Assembly (NCBI RefSeq): GCF_964213995.1
Contig: NC_135812.1
Location: 77,190,001 to 77,254,000, forward strand
Direction of reading: 5' to 3'
Origin: Mustelus asterias
Lineage: Eukaryota
DNA length: 64,000 nucleotides
A program made the translations under genes and the position numbers. Shown in pieces: positions 1 to 11,802 of the stretch; position 1 is the stretch's first letter; each line of letters opens with the position of its first letter. The notes under the pieces were generated by a model. That model saw only the letters and a list, made by a program, of their open reading frames with translations. It was not told the origin of the DNA and made no database searches.

Positions 1-559
1 CTGGGTTGCATTGAGCATCTTGAATGTTGTTGGAAATGTATTCACCCAGGGAAGTGGAAAGCATTCCATCACACTTCCGACTTGTACCTTTTCCTCATTT
101 CTAAAGAGATGTCTTTGACATTATGGATACTGATACAAACGTTGAAACAGAAATTGCATAGGATTAAGCTCTGTTACGAGACAAAGTCATTCTTGCAATA
201 TTCACCATTCCCCAGTGGAGGTTCCCTTGTTTAGTCTATGGCTATGCCTGAAGTTGGAGATAATTTTCAGACGAGAATTGGTTTCTTGGGAATAGTTTTG
301 GCTTTAAAGGCACTTATTCAAAGCAACGGCTTGCATTCAACAGGACTGTTACCACTGTCCTCAAAGGTAGGTTGACTGATTGGGAATGGTTTAAATTAAA
401 TTGGCAGGATGTGGGCACCAGTACATGAAGGAGTTAAAGTCTTGGAAGTACTAAAGAATGAATTAGTGAACTACGAGCAGAAGACAGGTTTACAGAGCAT
501 GTAAATAAATGCAGATTTTGTGACAAAAAAGGTTGGCGAGTTACAAGTACAAATAACTG

Positions 560-1795
560 TGGGGGAAAATTATGTAGTGGCAATAATGGAACCATAGCTG
601 AAAATTTATGAAGACTGTGCACTTAGTATTCAAGATTAAGAAAAGGCAGAGAAGGGAAAAAAGGGAGGTGGGTGGCAGCACCGATTAGGGAGGACATTGT
701 TGTGTTGGAAACACGATGTCTTTGAGGAAGCAAGTACAGAATCCAATTGTTTAGAATTGAGAAGCAAAAAATATATTCACACAGCGAGGCCTCCATATAG
801 CGAGAGAAACAGATATGCAAATCTGCTAGATGAGCAAAACTATAGATTGGTGATATTGGGAGATTTTAATTACCCAAATCCAATAAGGATAATGTTAGAG
901 TAAAGGATAAGGAAAAAGTAGAATTTCTGAAATGTGTTCAGAAGAACTTTGTTCTTCTTGGGTCAACAAGAAAGGAGGCACGGTTGGATGTGATGATGGG
1001 GAATGAGGCGGGTCAAGTGTCTGTGGGGGAAAACACTTGAGAGAAGAGTGGTCATTATATCTTTATATTCCTTCTTAGTTTGCTCCCATCTAATATGGTA
1101 CTACTTCCTTCTCTAGTATTATCTATCATTCTCACTCTTACGCACCTTGTTCCTCTTTCCCACTTCTACATGCTGGTCTTCATATCCCTGACAACTTGGT
1201 TTAAACCCTCCCTGACTAGATGTTATTACACCCTTCCTTCGAATAAGAATATTTACCACTCTCCAGTCCTCTGGCTTTTCTCTATTACCTTGGGCAGAAT
1301 GAAAGATCATGGCAAGAGCTTCCTCTTTCTGCGCTCCCACTTTCTTTACCACCTGGAATGCATACCATCCAGACCAGGTGCCTTATCCACTCTAAACTCC
1401 TAATAACTACAAGCCCTTCTGTTTACCCTCAATAGGGGCAAGGTTTGACACACAATCTGGAGGCACTTGGAGAGGTTTAAATTAATTGGTGAGAATGAAC
1501 ACAAATTTGTAAAAGACAGATTGTGCTCAACTAATTTAATTTTCTTTAGGAAGTAAGACAGAAGGCGAATGAAGGGAATGCAATGGGTATTGGCTGTATA
1601 GTGCTTAAGAAAGTCTTTGCTAAAGTACCACATATAGGATTTATTAAATTAACTAGATTAAGATTAGATGGTCCAGAGTCATCTTATATATTTTTTAAAA
1701 TTGGCTTAAGGACAGCAAAGAGTTGTTCTTTCAGGATTGGAAGATGATAGACAATACTGTTCCAAGGGTCAGTAATGGGCCACTATTTTTGATAT
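560..1795 (+). mobile_element. Decayed CR1-type LINE ORF2 fragment (endonuclease to RT), with an opposite-orientation CR1 piece at about 1056-1430
   Basis: Translations give LVILGDFNYPN (APE motif) and, on the minus strand, ALAMIFHS..PEDWRVVN (CR1 pre-RT); many stops and frameshifts. Confidence 0.75.
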
Positions 1796-1929
1796 TTCAG
1801 AGGTGTGGTTTTTAGCTCTCCGTGAAACCTGGTTTTTAAACTCAATGATAGTTCCTGCCGCCATTGCTAATTAAGCAGCATCATTCAGTTCCCCATGGAA
1901 AAACATTGCCGGTCAAAACCATTATATAC

Positions 1930-2055
1930 CATCTCCCTTCTTCCATCCATAACGTCGACCTGGGCTCTTGCCACCAAGATTTTTGGAACTGCCTCCTGCC
2001 TTCTTGGATGCACATCTCAAAGTAGTTACCACCGGCTGTGGAAAAGTTAAAAATC
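1930..2055 (-). CDS. MRPL27: Mitochondrial ribosomal protein L27 (bL27m), coding exon 2
   Basis: ttccacag|GA acceptor and G|gtatat donor; 126 nt, phase 1-1; reads GFLTFPQPVVTTLRCASKKAGGSSKNLGGKSPGRRYGWKKGD, the bL27 ASKK.GGSSKN..KS.GRR.G.KK signature. Exons 3-4 were not found in the window. Confidence 0.95.
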
Positions 2056-2849
2056 CTGTGGAATATTAAAAGGAAAAAGCATGTTACTAAAACAAACCAT
2101 TACATTAGAGGAGTAAAGAATACTCATTGGGAAATTTCACTTAGACTGGCGTATTATTTCTAATTTACATGTTGACAGAATAAGAAGTGAAATGAATATT
2201 AGGGAATTATATCAAATTTGGGGAAGAATGGAAAACTAACAGCTCAAACTTGGAAACCGAGTTGGACAACTTGAAAACAATGCTACAGGACATTTATGAT
2301 GGACAAGTGAGGATATGCATGAAGGTAACTTGGATGATACGTGTACACCATAATTTTTTTAAAATTCATTTGTGGGACATAATCTTGTTGCATTTGCACA
2401 TGGACTGCTTCAGTATCCGAGGAGTCATGAATAGTGCTCAACATTGACAAACGACAGAGGAAAGGTCATTGATGAAGCAGCTGAAGATGGTCGGAGCTAG
2501 GACATTGAAATTGCCTGGAACCATATTGAAAGAAAGCCCAAGTAAACTCAATATGCCTAGACAATGCAGAACAACATCAAGAAAGCAGTTAGCCAAGTGC
2601 TTAACACATTTCACTACTTTAAAAGGTGCTACATAAATGCACGTTGTGTTTGAACCCATTTCCTCTATTCTACTTCAGACAGATATAAAATCAGTAATAT
2701 CCTAGATTTCCTCTTATTTCCCCTAATGTGGTTTCCAAAGATGTAACGGTAGAGAGGAGCAAGAGTTCCAAATGTGTGTTCAGGAAGGTTTTCTCCTGCA
2801 ATATGCTTCCAGTCCAATGAGAAAGACCTGGTTTTTGGAATGAGCTGGG

Positions 2850-3540
2850 CCAAGTGAACCAAATTACAGTTAGGGAACATATAGAAGACAATGATTGTTG
2901 TATCATAAAGTTTAGGCTAGCTATGGAAAAGGACAAGAAACAATCCAGAGTAAGAATAATTAAGATAAATTGGAATCAAAGGTTGGCCTGCAGAAATGTA
3001 ACTGAACAATGGACTGCCTTTATATTTCCTGAAAGAGAAAGGTAGGGCAAACAAATCCAAAGCTTCCTGGATGGCAGAGATAGAGATCAAGATGAAGAAA
3101 CAGCGTGTTTATAATAGATATCAGGTGACTAATAAAACACAGAACTAGGCTGAATACAGAAGGTTCAATGGGAAATTGAAAAAACAAAGAGAAGCAAAGA
3201 GAATAATGTATAAGAGACTGGCAGCTAACATAAAAAGGAATCCAAAAGTCTTTTACAAGCACACAAGCAATAAAAAGGGGGGTAAAAGAAGAAATGCAGC
3301 TCAGTAGCAATCAAAAAGGGGATTTACACATATAGGCAGTAGGAATAGCAGAGGAACTAAATGAATACTTTACATTTGTCTCTACCAAGGAAGAAGTTGC
3401 CACACAGATCATGGTGAAAGAGAAAGTAATTCAGGCATGAGAAGGGTTTAAAATTGGTACTGGATAGACTGTCTGTACATAAAATTGATGAGGACCGGAT
3501 GAGATGCATCCAAAGATACTGAAGGAAGTGAGAATGGAAG
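2850..3540 (+). mobile_element. Decayed CR1 LINE ORF2 fragment; the same element appears to resume at about 4940-7590
   Basis: CR1-like peptides (IIKFRLAMEKDK, LAANIKRNPKVF, MHPKILKEVRME); downstream part resumes with ALVKIF..VPED and continues to a 3' UTR, interrupted by nested inserts. Confidence 0.7.
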
Positions 3541-3559
3541 TAGTGTTAGAGTACTGTGT

Positions 3560-4395
3560 GCAGCAACATTAAACATCACTCTACACCTACCAATCTTGGT
3601 ATCATTTTGGACCACACACCGACTTTCAAACCACACCTCCAGTAAGTCTCAACTAAACCGAAGACTCAATAATCTCATCAGCAAACTAGCAGGAACCATT
3701 TGGGAGCCAGGGCACTTGTTGATTATATGCACCATGCTTTGCACTTCTCCACAGTTGCACAACCTCATCTTTGGCTCTCTGCTATTCAGTAGCTGATTAG
3801 AGCACTTCTGTCTGGAAGAAATTTGTGCACTGCAAACTGGTAGGTGTCCAGCTGAATGAGACCATGAGGAGCATCTTGGGAGCAATCCAATAAACAAAGA
3901 CAAATTGGCTACCTGTGCTCTGTAACATTGTACCATCACAAATCCATTGTGCAACTAGCACAGCATGATTGCTAGAAAGAATGCACAAAAGTCCTGATCT
4001 GCCACTGGTAGAAGACATCACACACCCACCAAGCAAATGTCTCATCTCAAGGCGGCCAATCTGGACCAATCAGCCCAAGCCAGACAGTACTGTGGAAGGA
4101 TCTGTGGCACAACAACAACAAATGCCCAAAATCAACACTTGGTTGATGATCCCACATTGGAAATCTCAGGCTTCAACCTCCCATGGGGAATGGGTCAAAC
4201 TGAAGAGGTTTCGCACTGGGGTCAGACCCAGTTGCAACAATCTCTTTCGTTGAGGACACCATGACTCAACCCTTTGCAACTGTGGAGAAGTGCAAAGCAT
4301 GGTGCATATAATCAACAAATGCCCTGACCTGTGCTTCAGTGGCTTACACTAGGCTGATGAGGAGGAACTGGCTGAAGAATTTCAAATTTTACTTC
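3560..4395 (+). mobile_element. Vingi/Ingi-like non-LTR retrotransposon, 3' fragment
   Basis: Peptides NNLISKLAGTIW, WLPVLCNI.P, RRPIW, GFNLP..WVKLKRFRTG and a C-terminal CNCGEVQSMVHIINKCP zinc knuckle, typical of Vingi/Ingi ORF C-termini. Confidence 0.7.
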
Positions 4396-4419
4396 TAATT
4401 GCTCATTAGTGCACATGAT

Positions 4420-4940
4420 TGCAATAGTAGTGTGGAGTTCTTGTCGCTGCACTACAGGAAGGGTGTGATTGCATTAGAAAGGGTGCAGAGGAGATTTACC
4501 AGGATGTTGTCTGGACTGGAGTTTTTCAGCTATGAAGAGGTTAAGCTGGGATTGTTTTCCTTAGAACAGGGAAGGCTGAAGGGGGACCTCTTCACAGTGT
4601 ACAACATTGTGAGGGATATAGATAGGAAGAAACATTTCCCCCTAGTAGAGGGGTCAATAACCAGGAGGCATAGATGCAAGTTAAGAAGCCAGAGATTTAA
4701 AGTGGATTTGATGAACACCTTTTTCACCCAGAGGGCGGTGGAAATCTCGCTGCCTGAAAGGGTGGTAGAGGCAAAAACACTCAACATTTAAGAAGCATTT
4801 AGATGAGCATTTGAAAAGCCATAGCTAACAAGGCTATGAACCCAGTGCTAGAAAATAGGATTAGAATGGATGCTTGATGGCCAGCACATACATGATGGAC
4901 CGAAGGAACTCTTTCTATGCTGCAAAACTCTATGACCATG
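4420..4940 (+). mobile_element. CR1 (HER1-like) 3' end
   Basis: ORF 4399-4791 contains ALERVQRRFTRML..LGLFSLE..RLKGDL..FFTQRAV; followed by the typical 3' UTR with ctatga tail. Confidence 0.85.
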
Positions 4941-5666
4941 AAAACTGCAGAGGCATTGGTCAAAATTTTTCCAATTTTCCTGCAATACAAGATGGTGCCA
5001 GAGGACTGAAGAATTGTAAATATTGGACCCTTGTTCAAAAAGTGTGTAAAATTAATCCCAGCTTCATCTTTGTCAACACAACAAAAACAGAAAACGCTGG
5101 AAAATCTCAGGAGCATCTGTGGAGACAGAACAGAGCTAACTGAGATTTTCCAGCACTTTGTTTTTGTTTCAGATTTGAGCATCTGCAGTAAGTTGCTTTT
5201 ATCTTAAGTTTAATCTTGGTGGTTGGAATGCTTTTAGAAATGATAATTCAGGACAAAATTAATAGTCACATGGATAAATGAGAGTCAATTAAGGAAAGAC
5301 AGTATAGATTTGAGGGAAAATTGTGTTCAACTAACTTACGAGATTTCTGATGAGGTAACAGAGCGGGTTGATGAGTTAATGCTGCCCTCTTTTTAGGTCA
5401 AACCAAATAAACAAACTCAGATTAAGTCAGGACAAAGTAAAAGGGGCAGCTCCCCAAAAGGAGGGGGAACAGCCGCATGGTGTACATGGACTTTCAAAAT
5501 TCATTGGATAAATTCTGCAAACAGACTTATGAGCAAAGTTAGAGCTCATGGAATAAAAGGTGCAGTAGCCGCATGGATACAAAATTGGCTGAGTGACAGC
5601 AAACAGAGTAGTGGTTAAAGATTGTTTTTCAGACTGCAAGAAGGTTTATAGTGGAGTTTCCCAGGA

Positions 5667-6308
5667 TGTTAGGATGCCCTCTGAAATGGTTAATAATCAC
5701 ACAAGTTTAAAAATCACTTAAGTTGCTATGAGAGAAACCACATTATTAAAATCAACCCAGATAAGTGTCAAGGCCTAGTTGCAAGGGAGGAAACTCTTGG
5801 ATATAGGTTTATCTAACAAAGGCCCTTAATCTGAAAGAATTCATTAAATCAGACATCTGTCCCTGGGAGATGTAAATGGTCCGTACAAATCTGGACACAA
5901 GCTGGGATGTCAAGGATAACTTGTAACAATGGCCAGCTAACATGATCAAACATTTACACTGATTGGATATCATAATTAAGCAGACATGCAACAGTAGTGA
6001 TTGGTTTTAACATTTGTATCTTATGCATGATGCAACTCTAATCAATAGTTGAGAGTGGATAGAGATAATTCCTGTACCTTGAGTGGTATGTGTTAATTAC
6101 TCATAATCGAATCTGAAAGTATATTTGCTTGTGCAATCCTGAAACCCATACTCTGACTGGCCACTAACATGCTTTCCAGAGTCCTCGCTATGTAGTTTAA
6201 ATCAACTGATAGTGAAAAACTCCGTGACTTAGTCTGACTACTTGAAGGGAACAAAGTTTATTCCCATGTAATAAATTAAAAGGCTGAACACCAAAAAGCC
6301 CTGCAACA
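5667..6308 (-). mobile_element. Probable solo LTR inserted into CR1
   Basis: Non-CR1 block with TGTT...AACA termini interrupting CR1 RT sequence; minus-strand AATAAA near 6257. No clean TSD seen. Confidence 0.5.
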
Positions 6309-6929
6309 TTCTCCTGATGTATATTAATAACTTACACCTTGGTATATTGGGCACAACTTGGAAGTTTTGTGAACTGTGAGGATTGTGTAGAGCTTCAAAA
6401 ATTATAGACAGTTTAGTGGAGTAGGCAGAAAAGAGAGGTGATTCATTTTAGTAAAAAGGACATGGAGAGGCAACAGAAAATAACTGGTGCAATCCTAAAG
6501 GTGATGCACGGGCAGAGAGACACAAGTGTACATGTGCATAAATCATTAAACTTGGCAGGACATGGTGAGTGAGCAGCTAATAGAGCATATGACATCTGGG
6601 CTTCATCAAAAGGAGTACATGGTGCTAAAGCAAGAAAGTTAGGGTAAACCTCTTTCAAACGCTGGCTTGACTTCAACTAGAGTACTGCATATATTTTGTG
6701 GACGCTACACTTATGAAGGATGTGAAGGCATTAGAGAGGGCACAAATTGTTCCAGGGATGAAGAAACACAGTTATGTTAGTAGATCAGAGGATTAGGACT
6801 ATTCTTCTTGAAGAGAAGGTTGAGGGGAGATTTGATGGAGATATTCAAGATCACAAGGGATCTGGAAAGAGTAGACAGGGAGAAACTATTCCCGTTGGTG
6901 GAAGGATCAAGAACCAGAGACCAGATTTA

Positions 6930-7300
6930 AAGGCAAAATACTGCAGATGCTGGAAGCTGAAATAAAAACAGAAAATGCTGGAAAAACTCAGCAGGTCTGA
7001 CAGCATCTGTGGAGAGAGTATCAGGTTGTCCCCTGACAATCTCTATCTTTGTTCTGTCATTTGCACATTCCAATCACTCAATTGGATGCTTAGCGCCTTT
7101 TCCTGTCTTTATCACCACCATTTACATTCCCTTTGTCCAATTACAGCAACCCCCCCTCCCCCTCCTCCTCTGCCGTCATAGTATAAATTTGTCCTATTTT
7201 CATCTTTAGCTCTGACAAAGGGTCATCCTCTTTGGCTCTATTCTCTCACCACAGATGCTGTCAGACCTGCTGAGGTTTTCCAGCATTTTCTGTTTTGGGC
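6930..7300. mobile_element. Penelope-derived fold-back insert (family B, ctgcagatgctgg...aaatgctggaaaaactcagcaggtctg)
   Basis: Inverted arms aaaacagaaaatgctggaaaaactcagcaggtctgacagcatctgtgg / ccacagatgctgtcagacctgctgaggttttccagcattttctgtttt; related copies at about 5080-5190, 23750-23900, 28660-28765, 45280-45420 and 56320-56530. Confidence 0.6.
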
Positions 7301-7964
7301 CCAGATTTAAACCCACATGTGCAGCAGATGGTTAAGATCTGGAATGTACTGCCTGAGCATGTGGTGGAGGCAGGTTCAATCAAGAGGGTATTTTCACAAT
7401 AACTTCATTGCAATGTTAGTGTAAACCCTACTTATGACAACAATAAATAAACAAACTTTAAATAGGCATTCAAGCAGGAATTATGATTTGAAAATGAAAA
7501 GTGTGGGTTACAGGGGAACACACTCAGTGAAATGCAACTTTGGAGGGCTAACTTAGACACGATGGGTCATTTGGGCTGTAAAAATTCTATGGTTCAGTAA
7601 TTTTGATTTGATTTATTATTGTCACATGTATTGGGATACAGTGTAAAGCATTGTTTCTTGCACGCTATACAAAGCATAACGTTCATAGAGTATATATAGA
7701 AGGAAATCCTGCCTCATTACACAGTATTAAAGATAAACCAACGTAATCACTAGTTGGTTCCACAATGCACCGTGTTAAGAAACTAGTAGGTCACCACTTT
7801 TTTTCACTTCATGAGCCTTTTATCAAATCTAGAGCCAAAATAATTAACATAAAAAAATAACATTTAGGCACCTTGTAAAATTGACTGCAGTTTCTCCAGC
7901 CCGAGACTGGTTGCCAGTGTTTGGGTTAAGTGAGACATGTTGTGTGGCTACGATGCTAACTCAC

Positions 7965-8007
7965 CGGGTTGAGCGCAGCTCCTGACAAAGGACATGAGCG
8001 CCGCCAT
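7965..8007 (-). CDS. MRPL27: MRPL27 coding exon 1 (mitochondrial presequence start)
   Basis: aagATGGCGGCG start, MAALMSFVRSCAQP+G, donor G|gtgagt; 43 nt, phase 1 matches exon 2; inside a CpG island. Confidence 0.88.
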
Positions 8008-8660
8008 CTTATTGACCTCTGACCCGGCTCAATGACACGACGAGGTACGAACTTCAGCAAAGGTTATAAAGGCTGTTCCAACGGCGCATTCTCCTTTAAC
8101 CTTCTTTCTATAACCTTCTCAGAATAATAGATGGTTCATTAGGGTTTTTCTTTTTGCCTCTCAAGGAGGAAAATTTCAAACCCAGCGTTCGATTTCCGTT
8201 AACCGGCACTTGGAGCTGACGCCGCCGGCTGTACTGCGCATGCGTTAGTCTGACAGGCGGCCGAGTGATGAACAGGTGTCACTGATTGGACAGCCTTTTG
8301 TTAATGGGACAGTAAATGTCAAAATTCAAAAATATTTAAAACAAGACACCTGAGTCTTTCTCTACAAACATTTATAACTGTTTTCTGTTTCAGTTTATAT
8401 TTTTAAATCCTTTTCGGCCATCTGGGTGTTAGTCAATGCTGTTCTCTGATTGGTCACCTAAACCGTCCATCAAATCGGTCCTGCATTTCCATTGGACCGG
8501 CTCTGATTGTATTCCGCTCTGAGGTGATTGGATGCCGATGTTTGTTCCTCAGCCAATGGGTGGCGAATGGGCGGGGTTTAGCTCGCGCGGTGGCGGTTAA
8601 GCAGCGAGAGCGCGGGGAAACTGCCCAGGCAGCCCGGGGGATCCACAGGAAGGTTACCGA
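8008..8660. promoter_or_regulatory. Bidirectional CpG-rich promoter shared by MRPL27 (-) and EME1 (+)
   Basis: CpG-rich; NRF1-type TGCGCATGCG at 8235-8244; CCAAT boxes at about 8285, 8449, 8491, 8527 and 8553; GC box GGGCGGGG at about 8569; head-to-head gene layout as in human. Confidence 0.75.
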
Positions 8661-8960
8661 CCCACTGTTCACCCCCCCCACTCACCTCCTCTTCCCCCCC
8701 AACAACTCACTTCCCCCCCCCCCCCGCCCCCCCAACAACTCACCCCCTCTCCTCCCAAATCACTGATACCCTCCTGGAGGATCCATCCTCTAGCCCGCTC
8801 ACTGACCCCCTGGTGGAACCCCCGAGATCACTGACCACCCCCTCCCCCCAGCTCACTGACCTTCTTCACCTCCCCCCCCCCCCCCCCCTTCCTCCCAGCT
8901 CACTGACCCTCTTGCCCCCCCAACTCACTCACCCAGCCGGTGGACCTCCTCCCCCATTTT
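8660..8960. repeat. C-rich degenerate repeat (cccccc(a/g)ctcact units)
   Basis: Repeated ccccccaactcac / cccagctcactgacc motifs with long C runs. Confidence 0.8.
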
Positions 8961-9189
8961 CTCTGCCAGCCGTTCACTCGGTCCACTCAGGAGTTGCTGA
9001 ATCAGGTTTTTGGCTGATACTGTGATGACGGTTGAGGTAGGATCAGCCTTTAGTTAATGTCCTTGGTACCCCAGTATCATCCAACACACACTTCCTCTCG
9101 ATATATTGTTTGTAAAAATGCATTTTGCTTATATTCGATCATGCATGTATACACTTATGCAAAATTATATATATCTGTGCATAGGGGGA

Positions 9190-11470
9190 AGTGGTGGTGT
9201 AGTGCTAGTGTCAATGCTAGTAATCCAGAGATTCAGGGTAATGCTCTGGGACATGGGTTGGGAATTCCACCTTGGCAAGAGGAAAATCAATAAAAATCTG
9301 GTATTAAAATGTCTAATGATGACCACGAAATGATTGCTGTAGAAACCCATCAGGTTCTCTAATGGGAAGGAAATCTTTGGTTGTTACCTGGACTGGTGTA
9401 CACGTGACTTCAGACCCACAACAGATCATGTCCCAGACACCACCATCACCGTCCCTTGGTATGTCCTGTCCCATTGGCAGGATATACACAGCCGATGTTG
9501 TGTTACAGTCGGGAGGGAATTGCCCTGTGATTCCTCAACATGGACTCTGGACTCCATTAAATCTCATGCCATCTGGTTAAACATGCACAAGGGAACCTAC
9601 TGCTGATTACCCAAAGCTGTCATCCCCCCCCCCCCCCTTTGGCTGAAGTAATCCTTCATGTTGGATGCCACATGGAGGAAGTACTGAGGATGCTAAATGT
9701 ACTCTGGGTTGGGGGCTTCAATGTCCATCATCCAAGAAAGGTTTAGTAACCACCACAGTCCAAGCTGGCCAAGTCCTAAAGGACATAGCTATTTGACTGG
9801 GTCTGCTGAAGGTTGTGAGGGAACTGATAAACATTCTTGACCTCATCCTCACTGATCTCCCTGCTGCAGATGCATCTGCCCATGACAGTATTAGTAGGAG
9901 TGACAACTGTATTGTCCTTGCGGAGCAAAAGTCCTGTCTTCACATTGAGGATACTCTTCATTGTTTATGTGGCACTACCACCGTGCTAAATGGGGTAGAC
10001 TTTGACAGATCAAGACTGGGCATCCATGAGGTGTTGTGGGCTGTCAGCAACAGAATTATACTCAACCACTATCTAATGGCATGGCCTGCATATCCTCCAA
10101 TCTGTCATTACAACCAAGCCAGGGATTAACCCTAGTTCAATGAAGTGTGCAGGAGGGCATTCCAGATTCAACATCAGGCATACCTAAAAATGAGGTGTCA
10201 ACCTGGTGAAACTACAAACCAGGACTACTCGCCTACCAAACAGCATAAGCAGCATACAATAGACAAGAGTGAGTGATTTCACAACCAGTGGGTTAGATGT
10301 AAGCTTTGCAGTCCTGCCACATCCAAACATGAATGCTGGTAATTATACAACTCACTCGAGGAGAAGGCTTCATAAATATCCCCATTTCCAATGAAGGAGG
10401 AACCCAGCACATCAGTGTAAAAGATAAGGCTAAAGCATTGGCAACAGTCTTCAGTCAGAAGGGCCAAGTGGATGATCCATCTTAGCCTCCTTTCGAGGTC
10501 CAGAGCACCAGAGATGCCATTCATCAGCCAATTTAGTTCACTCCACGTGATATCAAGAAATGGCTGAAGGCACTGGATACTATAAAGACTATGGGCTCTG
10601 ACAATGTTCCGGCCATAGTACTGAAGATTTGTGTTCTAGAACTTGCCACATCCTTAACCAAGCTGTTACAGAATGGCTGCGACACTGGCATCTACACAGC
10701 AATGTGAAAAATTGCTCTGGTATGTCTTGTACACAAAAGCAGGCAAATCCATACTGGCCAATTACTGCCACATCAGCCTATATCAGTCATCAATAAAGTG
10801 ATGGAAGCATTATTTAGTGGTACTTGCTTAGCAATAACCTGCTCACTGCTGTTCAGTTTGTGTTCTGCCAAGGTCACTCACCGTCTGACCACATTACAGC
10901 CTTGGTTCAAATGTAGACAAAAAAGTTGAATTTCAGAGATGAGGGTGAGAGTGACTGGCCTTAACATCACAGCCACATTTGACAGCGTGTGGCATCAAGG
11001 AGCCCTAGCAAAACTGGAGTCAGTGGGTATCTGGGGCGGCTTGGAGTTATACCTGGCACAAAGGAAGATGGTTTTGTGGTTGGAGGTCAATCATTTCAGT
11101 TCCAGAACATCACTGCAAGAGTTCCTCAGGGTAGTGTCCTAGGCCCAACCATCTTTAGCTGCTCCATCAATGACCTTTTTTCCATCATAAGATCAAAAGT
11201 GGGGATGTGCACTGTTGAATGTTCATTACCAACGTTCATGAGTCTGCAGGTACTGAAGCAGTCCATGTCCAAATGCAGAAAGACCTTGAAAGTATCAGGC
11301 TTGGGTGGAAAAGTGGCAAGTAACATTCACTCCACCAACAAACAGTGGCAGCAGTGTGTATCATCTTCAAGATGCACTGTAGGAACTCGCCAAGGCTTAT
11401 CAGACAGCACCTTCCAAACCCACGATTGCTTTCATATAGAAGGGATGGGCAATGAACGCTGACCCAGCCA
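9190..11470 (+). mobile_element. Decayed L2/CR1-group LINE (endonuclease plus RT)
   Basis: Peptides NVLWVGGFNVHH, NILDLILTDLP, ATFDSVWHQG, VPQGSVLGPTIFSCSINDL; related fragments at about 2440-2520, 15050-15400, 31280-31680 and 43100-43930. Confidence 0.8.
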
Positions 11471-11574
11471 GTAACGCCCACACCCTGTATATTAATGTAA
11501 AAAGATTCCATGTGCACATACTGTGCTTGCATTTCTTGGGCACATTTAACATAGTGAAATGGGGTAGTGAAGAG

Positions 11575-11752
11575 AGTCATAGATCATAGAATCCTTACAG
11601 TGCAGAAGGAGGCCATTCGGCCCATTGAACCTGCGCCAACATCAATCCCACCCAGGCCCTATCTTTGTAACCCCACGTAATTGCCCTGCTAATCTCCCTG
11701 ACACTAAGGGACAACTTAGCATAGCCAATCAACCTAACTTGCACATCTTTGG
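11575..11752 (-). mobile_element. HE1-type SINE, 3' half
   Basis: catagaatccttacagtgcagaaggaggccattcggccc...gcacatctttgga, the same as other copies in the window. Confidence 0.85.
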
Positions 11753-11802
11753 AGTCAAATGATCTGTTCCAAATTCTGCCTGATAAGTAGTCTGGGTGGT
11801 TT

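Noticed and set aside
1-1900. MRPL27 exons 3-4
   Set aside because: No HAGNI.ATQR..WHPG-like coding sequence found on the minus strand; they presumably lie left of the window.
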